Assembly: GCA_040954595.2 (NCBI GenBank)
Contig: CM082580.2
Coordinates: 12,662,909 to 12,726,908, forward strand
Length of the DNA: 64,000 bases
Source: Balanoglossus misakiensis
Taxonomy: Eukaryota > Animalia > Hemichordata
Direction: 5' to 3'
Part shown: piece after piece, positions 58,001 to 64,000 of the stretch
Position numbering within the stretch: position 1 is the stretch's first letter
Layout of the letters: each line of letters opens with the position of its first letter
Program-made: the position numbers and the translations under genes
The notes under the pieces: model-generated
What the model saw: the letters and a program-made list of their open reading frames with translations, nothing else
What the model was told of the DNA's origin: nothing
The model's database searches: none

Positions 58001-61000
58001 TGAGTGTTCTAAACACTTACAATGTTGGGATCCTTGGTATTGGCAATACTGAGGGCCGTCTTCGCAAGAGATATGACAAGGTTTGGAACACTGAACTGTT
58101 CCAGCAGTCTCAACACCTGCAAACAATCACAATGAACTGGTCCATTAGTAATTCTGCCACTGCATTACAATCATCAGTACATCTACTTCTCTCTTAAAAG
58201 TGAGAGGGATAAAACTTCTGTAGGTGTGTTGTTGCTCATGTGACAACATGCATTGCTTAATTAATGTTTTTAGCTTCTGGAGCTATTTGTTCTACAGCAA
58301 TAGAGATGACAAGGTTATGTTTCTCTGTACCTTGAGGTAATAGATAACCTGCAGTGCCTTAGAATCACCACTGTCCACCTGCACCAATTTATTCAGCAAG
58401 AATTCCTCATTGGCCACACCGTGTGACGCCAGTTCGAAGCAGTCCACAGCCTTGTAAGGCTCATCGGTGTTGAGATAACACTGGCCCAGCACAAACTGAC
58501 GGGACGACGTGTTCCATTCGCACCAACCACTCAGCAATCGGATGTACTCCTGTAGCACAAGGTCAAGATGATAAAATCCAGTGCAATACTCAATAATTTC
58601 ATCAATGAAAGCAGAGATAGTATTGCTAATTTTTGTGTACAAATAATATATTTTCTTCTAAAAACTGACAATTACTGTACCTGAAGTTGAGTGTGCTGAC
58701 ATTTGCCAAGCAGAAATTCACAGAACAGGAAACTGCTCGTGATTGGCCAGCTATGTTGGATTTGTCAAGGAAGAAAGTTCAGTTATCATTATTATCTTTA
58801 TTGAATCAATAAGTAACTGTGATGTACAAAGACATGCCTGGCATTCCTGGAGATGAGACGATTATGGGCAAAGTCTGGCAGTTGGAGGCCACCCCAAATA
58901 CAGAAGCACAGAAGCAATTAAGAAGAGACTCTTGTCAAAAGGATACACAAGTCTAGCCAGTGCACCGATGGCCGGCAACAGCACACTGTTCCATGTATCG
59001 CTGCTATTTTGACTGACATGTCCGCAGTTGGCCAATGCTTTCCTCAGTTGGTCACCACCGACACCCTGCACAAAGAGCTGCACCAAACTGCCACCACCAC
59101 TTTCCATGTGATGAGCGGCATTGATCCCAGATGACTCGGAGATTTCCAGCGCTACGAACTGACGTAGGCTGGACTCACTGGGAGAGCAGATAGTAAACAT
59201 AAAAACTTGGAATTACTGGCTGAGGAAAAATGACAATGAAGACAACAGCAACAATTCAAACTGTGTCACCAAAATAGCTGTGGAGGCAATATCTAGCTAT
59301 GTCTAGTCGTCAAATTCTTTCTGAACATGAAGAGCCTCTCCTTCCACACACAGTAAACTTACACTGTGTTGGTTTCAGGCTGTGAGGCTTGACAACAGCA
59401 GACCCAGTACATGCTGTGGTAAGCCATTAAGTACATGGCTGTCTTCGGTATCAGGTCAACTTGTAATCTGCTTAGACACTCCTGACTTAGAGACACCTAC
59501 AGGAAACAAAAACATTCAAACTGCTGTTTATTTCACAATGTTATTACTGTAATTGCAAAAGCAGACTACCATCACAAACTGATCAATAAACACCAACAAT
59601 ATCACAGATTTCTGTATCAATGGTTGGTGGTTCAGGCTCAGTTTGCAATTTTTTCTGGATATTTGGACTTGCATCCTTTGCTCAGATCTCAATCAGTAAA
59701 TTTTCAATTCACCTGTGGTGCCATTCTCTGTATGATGTACAGCAAGACGAGGAGATCCCTGCAGAGTTGAAATTTGGACAAACTCATCTGTTTGAGGACT
59801 TCTGACAAGATTACAGCCGAGTGCTCACTGGAGAACACGTGATTGCAAACCATTTGCAGACCGGTATCCATCACTGCAAGAAAAACATCATAGATATTCA
59901 AATATATTCAACTTGGATGCACTTTTAGATGAGTAAGTTGTTACACGGTCGATTGCCATTGCAGTAAAGTCAGTCACAAAAATAGGATTGAAAACTGCTA
60001 CCTGTTTCTTCCATGGACAAGGCTTCCGGCTGTCCTTCCGCTATGTCAATGCTTCCCAGCAGAGTTTCCAGAGCCCTTCCCGGATCCATCAGGTTCTGCA
60101 CCAGACTCTTCAGATCACGCACTAGTTTGGATGCGGCTGGGAACAGCTGGTCTGTTTGTGCAGATCCACTGTATGGCAAAGAAAGACATTAGAGGTGTCA
60201 CTTGTCATGTGGTATACTCTCTCCATCAATGTGCTGTGGTTGGTATTTAATAATTCCGGCTACTATGAACCATGCCATGATGGTGTTTTAATACAGAACA
60301 GACAACAATGGACTGATATATTCTGACTTGCTCCATTCCATTCAATGCGACCTTACCTTGCCTCCACAAACAGACTGCTGGCAATCTGTTGTGCCGTATC
60401 TTCCGGTGGCTCCGACTGGTACACGTCGTGGTAGAAACCTACTTTCATCTCTTTGCTGATGTTTTCCCTGACAAGTCGCAGGCATTCTCCGAGTGTCAGC
60501 AGATCCTTGCCCAGTTGCTGGTCTGTAGGGAAAGAAGATATTCACACATCAGTGGAAGGGTCCCACTCTGTTTACTTGCCAGTGTTTCTGTACATTTGCA
60601 GTATTTTTTACCACATTGTAACATTCTTAACCCTTTCACCCCCAGTTCCTTCTTTAGAGGTCCAACCTGACCATATAAAACAATGGGTTTGGACTGAACC
60701 ATGATAGTGAAAGGGTTAAACACACATAAATTTGAGGTGACACTCACCATCGCAGTAGAGTGGAGACAGCGTTAAATCCACAGCCTTGCATCTCTCACTG
60801 GACATGTACAAATGTTCCACAGAGTCACTGGGTCTAAGTAAAGACAGGCCAATCTGGGAAACATTACAGGGAACAGAGAGATGATTAGTTACATATACAA
60901 TATACACGGTATGCAATCTATGAAGTATGCAATATAATTTTGTAGAATATATGAGATCAGGTTTTCTCCCACTTACCCGTTTGATGCAGCCAACCAATCC

Positions 61001-63959
61001 AGTATTGTGATCAACCAGCAGACCCACAGGTTTGCCAACAACCTAAAACCAAAGCACACAAAACATGAATGGAAATCACAACCAAACTATTTTCTGTCCT
61101 TTTGGTATATGCTCCTACTGTACATGTATATTTTTCTTGACATAGAGCAGACTTTTCAAGCACTGTTCGTGTTATTACATGTTGTGTGGCAAAATCATAC
61201 ACCATTGAGAGATCTTGGAAATGTTCACCTCTTGATATTGACTGCAATTTGAACAGAATTTCTTCCAACACTGCAACTGAAGCTGATAGTACTCATCCAG
61301 TGGCAACTCGTAACCCGTGGCGGCCATTTGTACTTCAGTTTCTATGGCAACAATCACTTCCTTTTGTAAGACGTTTGGCCCAAGTCTGGTGTCTGCACCA
61401 GGTTTCAACATCTACAACAAAACACAACAGTTTTACAAAATATTAAAGGAAGTTCTGCATTACAAACTCATGAAGTGTCATTGAAAATTCCAAGAGCTTT
61501 TGAGAACAAAAATGACACTGTTGAGGACTGACTGCAGGAGTTTCTATAGGTGTACATTTCATATAACAGTATATTTCCTGTCGCTTTAAAAATCCAACCT
61601 ACATTACTAACTGTCTTCGCAATGGCATGGAGAGAAAACCCACTTTGTTGAAAAAGATACTGTACATACGCCTCCTGCGAGAAGAAAATATGAGTGCATT
61701 AAAATATACCACAAGCTCTGAGATAAAAAATTATTGACAACCACAGATTTTCCTGCATACCAGAAGTTTTTACAATGAGGGATTGCGTGAATACAATATT
61801 ATAATAACTCCAGACTACTTGTCAGGACCAAAAATTATAGAAAGGAAAGATACCCTTGGATCCTGTAGTGGAGGCACTGGCACATCGGATACATCCATGT
61901 GATGTAGTACGACTGGTTTCCATTCTCCTTCTGCACACCCAGAGCTGCAAATTATAAAAATACAGAACAGTTACAAATGTGGCACAGGTGTGGTGTATAT
62001 GATGTACTCTTTGCATGCCAATCATGGGAGGGAAGAAAAAATGTGGCCACACTTACTCTTCAATGGAACTGTACTTGATAGCTCTCTCCCCTTCAGATGT
62101 GGTGAACACTGCCCAGATTTGATTATTGTGAAAACTGAAGTCAATCAGGGTGTCCTGAATGATACAATGCACCAGAAATCAGAGTGAATTCATACATACA
62201 CAACTAGCTTCAGTTGAAAATTAATCCAATCCAATGAAGATCAAAGATAATTTTTGAACACTTACATTTTTAGTGAAGACTGACGCTACTGAGAGCAATC
62301 CATATTGTCCGTCTTGTAAAACAGGTTGTAAAATACAAAACTGCAAAAAATGAGTGGAGACATGCAGCTTTTTAGTTTTGAACGACTAATGCCAAATATC
62401 TGTATCTTGTCGGCAAGGATTACGGTTACTCCCTAGATCAATCACACAGAACATTCATCCCCACATACCTCAGATCTATCCTGGAAACCGAGGTAGACTG
62501 CCAATAGCATGGATGATGCATCACTCTCCAAGGATTTCTTTATCATGTGATTTCTGGCAGGTGCATTTTGCAGGATGTCACTGTTAGGAACACAGTCTAA
62601 TACATCAAAGACCAGGACACACTCATAGTTCTACAATGAAAGATTGTAATACAGGAAATAAGACACAATTTTTGGTGGACTACATTTGGACTATTTCTGT
62701 TCCATGAGAGAAGTTACAGTATTTACTAGCATGGGTTCTGAAAAGTCAGCAGTTTGTGGTTTCACTATCTCCTAATCTTGGTGGTGTCTGTTTTAAAGTG
62801 GGTATAACTATATAGGTGATGCAATTCCATTTCATTAAGTTCCTCTGGAGATGCTTACCTTACAAGACCAAACCCTGGCCTTGTGGTCTCTGCATATGGT
62901 GAACACCAACAGATCCTGTCCCAGTGGGTGGATGCACAAACTGAGTACTGCGTCTGATGCCTCTTGACCTCCTCTGCAATAAATGAATTGGAAAGTTTAA
63001 GAGCAAATCATCGACTGGTCTCTTTGTACACTTTCATGATTGACTGCTCTATTTACACATTACACCACCCTGAAATTTCCCAAATAATGCACTATTTGAT
63101 ACCAACCTGATCATTGATGGAACAAGACCAGTCCATAATCTCTGCATCATTGTGGCTTGCCTCAGTTCATGTTGTGTTGGAATACCTGGCAATAAGAATT
63201 ATAAACACACCCTTCAAATACAGATACACATAAATGTAAGTCAGTGTCAAAAACATTATAATGACAAGTGCTCTTGACTATGTCTGCATTGGCACCTTAA
63301 TTGTATGTGGTCTGTCAATTTTCAGGATGGCAAACAACACAGTGAGTGTAAGGCAATACACACATATAGAGATTTCATTACCTTGAATTCCAACAGGAGG
63401 CAACTTAACCAACAAAATACTGCCGACATTCGTCGCCAAAGCAAAGACAGCCTCCCCTTCATTTGTTACCCATGATGCACTGGTGTACGGTTCGTGCACT
63501 TGGCCACCTCCCTGGGACAGGAACTGTCTGTTGCTATGGTCCTGTATCATGGCAACTGACACATCAGCAAAAATGGAGGCCATGGTGACAGGCGTTGTCA
63601 AGGGAACCTGAGATGGGAAGGAAAATCTTAGAATAGTAGGAGCAATCTGAAAGCCACTTACATATACACATGCTTTATGAGCTTTATGTTGATTTTGCAT
63701 GTATCAAATTCACAATTTATACAAACATCCATGTAAAGTACAGACACTTACTGATCTCTGTAGTTTGTTTGGATGCGTGAATACCAGTCTGTGTACACTG
63801 GTCAGTGTTGATATCAATATGATTACATTGGTTCGGCTTTCGTGGATGTGAATACCAGGAAGCACCGGGGCATCTGGGAAGTGTAGTCGTACGGTGTTGC
63901 CCGACAGGTTGTGGTCCAGTGACAATTCGACCAGCTCAACCATGTCTTGGTTTGTGTGC
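55018..63959 (-). CDS. NUP160: Nuclear pore Y-complex nucleoporin Nup160; the 5' end lies beyond the right edge. 32 exons in the window (about 1360 aa): 63752-63959, 63382-63607, 63107-63185, 62859-62973, 62469-62630, 62266-62340, 62057-62154, 61854-61944, 61603-61674, 61229-61411, 60977-61042, 60748-60853, 60357-60522, 60002-60168, 59713-59873, 59363-59496, 58947-59177, 58681-58750, 58331-58549, 58021-58116, 57781-57875, 57568-57664, 57344-57449, 57020-57186, 56821-56890, 56536-56646, 56314-56440, 56071-56166, 55803-55947, 55485-55610, 55252-55359, 55018-55131.
   Basis: ELVELSLDHNLSGNTVRLHF, VHRLVFTHP, MQRLWTGLVP, CRDHKARVW, RRKDCLRQF..VLFE, YYEFLYAFHVYRGNYRKAGSVMYEYG, KQAKCYLSAINSL.LVDPNYSWI and VWLPYTALDQLL. 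All 32 exons chain in phase to a TAA at 55018. Confidence 0.93.
58751..58946 (-). other. U12-type (minor spliceosome) GT-AG intron in NUP160
   Basis: 5' site GTATCCTTT, branch site TTCCTTGAC (58764-58772) about 13 nt from the TAG acceptor, and no polypyrimidine tract. Confidence 0.88.
60631..60715. mobile_element. 85-bp piggyBac-like MITE in a NUP160 intron
   Basis: TTAA|CCCTTTCAC...GTGAAAGGG|TTAA: terminal inverted repeats with a TTAA duplication at 60627-60630 and 60716-60719. Confidence 0.8.
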
Positions 63960-64000
63960 CTAAAATAATCACAAAGACGGGTCAGGTATAAACAGTACTT

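Noticed and set aside
61675-61853. Second possible U12 intron in NUP160 (donor GTATCTTTC)
   Set aside because: The donor mismatches GTATCCTT, there is no TCCTTRAC branch site, and a normal polypyrimidine tract is present, so it is U2-type.

Overview
Eukaryotic, intron-rich animal DNA, AT-rich with CpG retained. It is most consistent with an invertebrate deuterostome such as a hemichordate, but that is inference only. I reconstructed eight protein-coding genes by hand from splice sites and reading-frame phase: CATIP (-, 5' part, runs off the left edge), a mARC/MTARC molybdoenzyme (+), GABA-B receptor subunit 2 (-, 19 exons), an intronless protein with five matrin/U1-type zinc fingers (+), PLK1 (-), PINX1 (+), an MFSD4-like transporter (+) and NUP160 (-, runs off the right edge). 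Most short ORFs in the track are exon fragments or noise. The leads most worth checking: (1) the intronless zinc-finger gene with a near-palindromic NF-kB site upstream, a candidate inducible dsRNA-binding immune gene; (2) a 336-bp PLK1/PINX1 bidirectional promoter with vertebrate-style G2/M elements; (3) an internally duplicated PINX1 C-terminus; (4) an MFS transporter with a mucin-like loop, a site-1-protease-like motif and a dileucine sorting signal; (5) a U12 minor-spliceosome intron in NUP160; (6) two MITEs with intact target-site duplications; (7) an ambiguous GABBR2 3' end with a possible poison exon. Gene names rest on my recall of the protein families; no database search was run.
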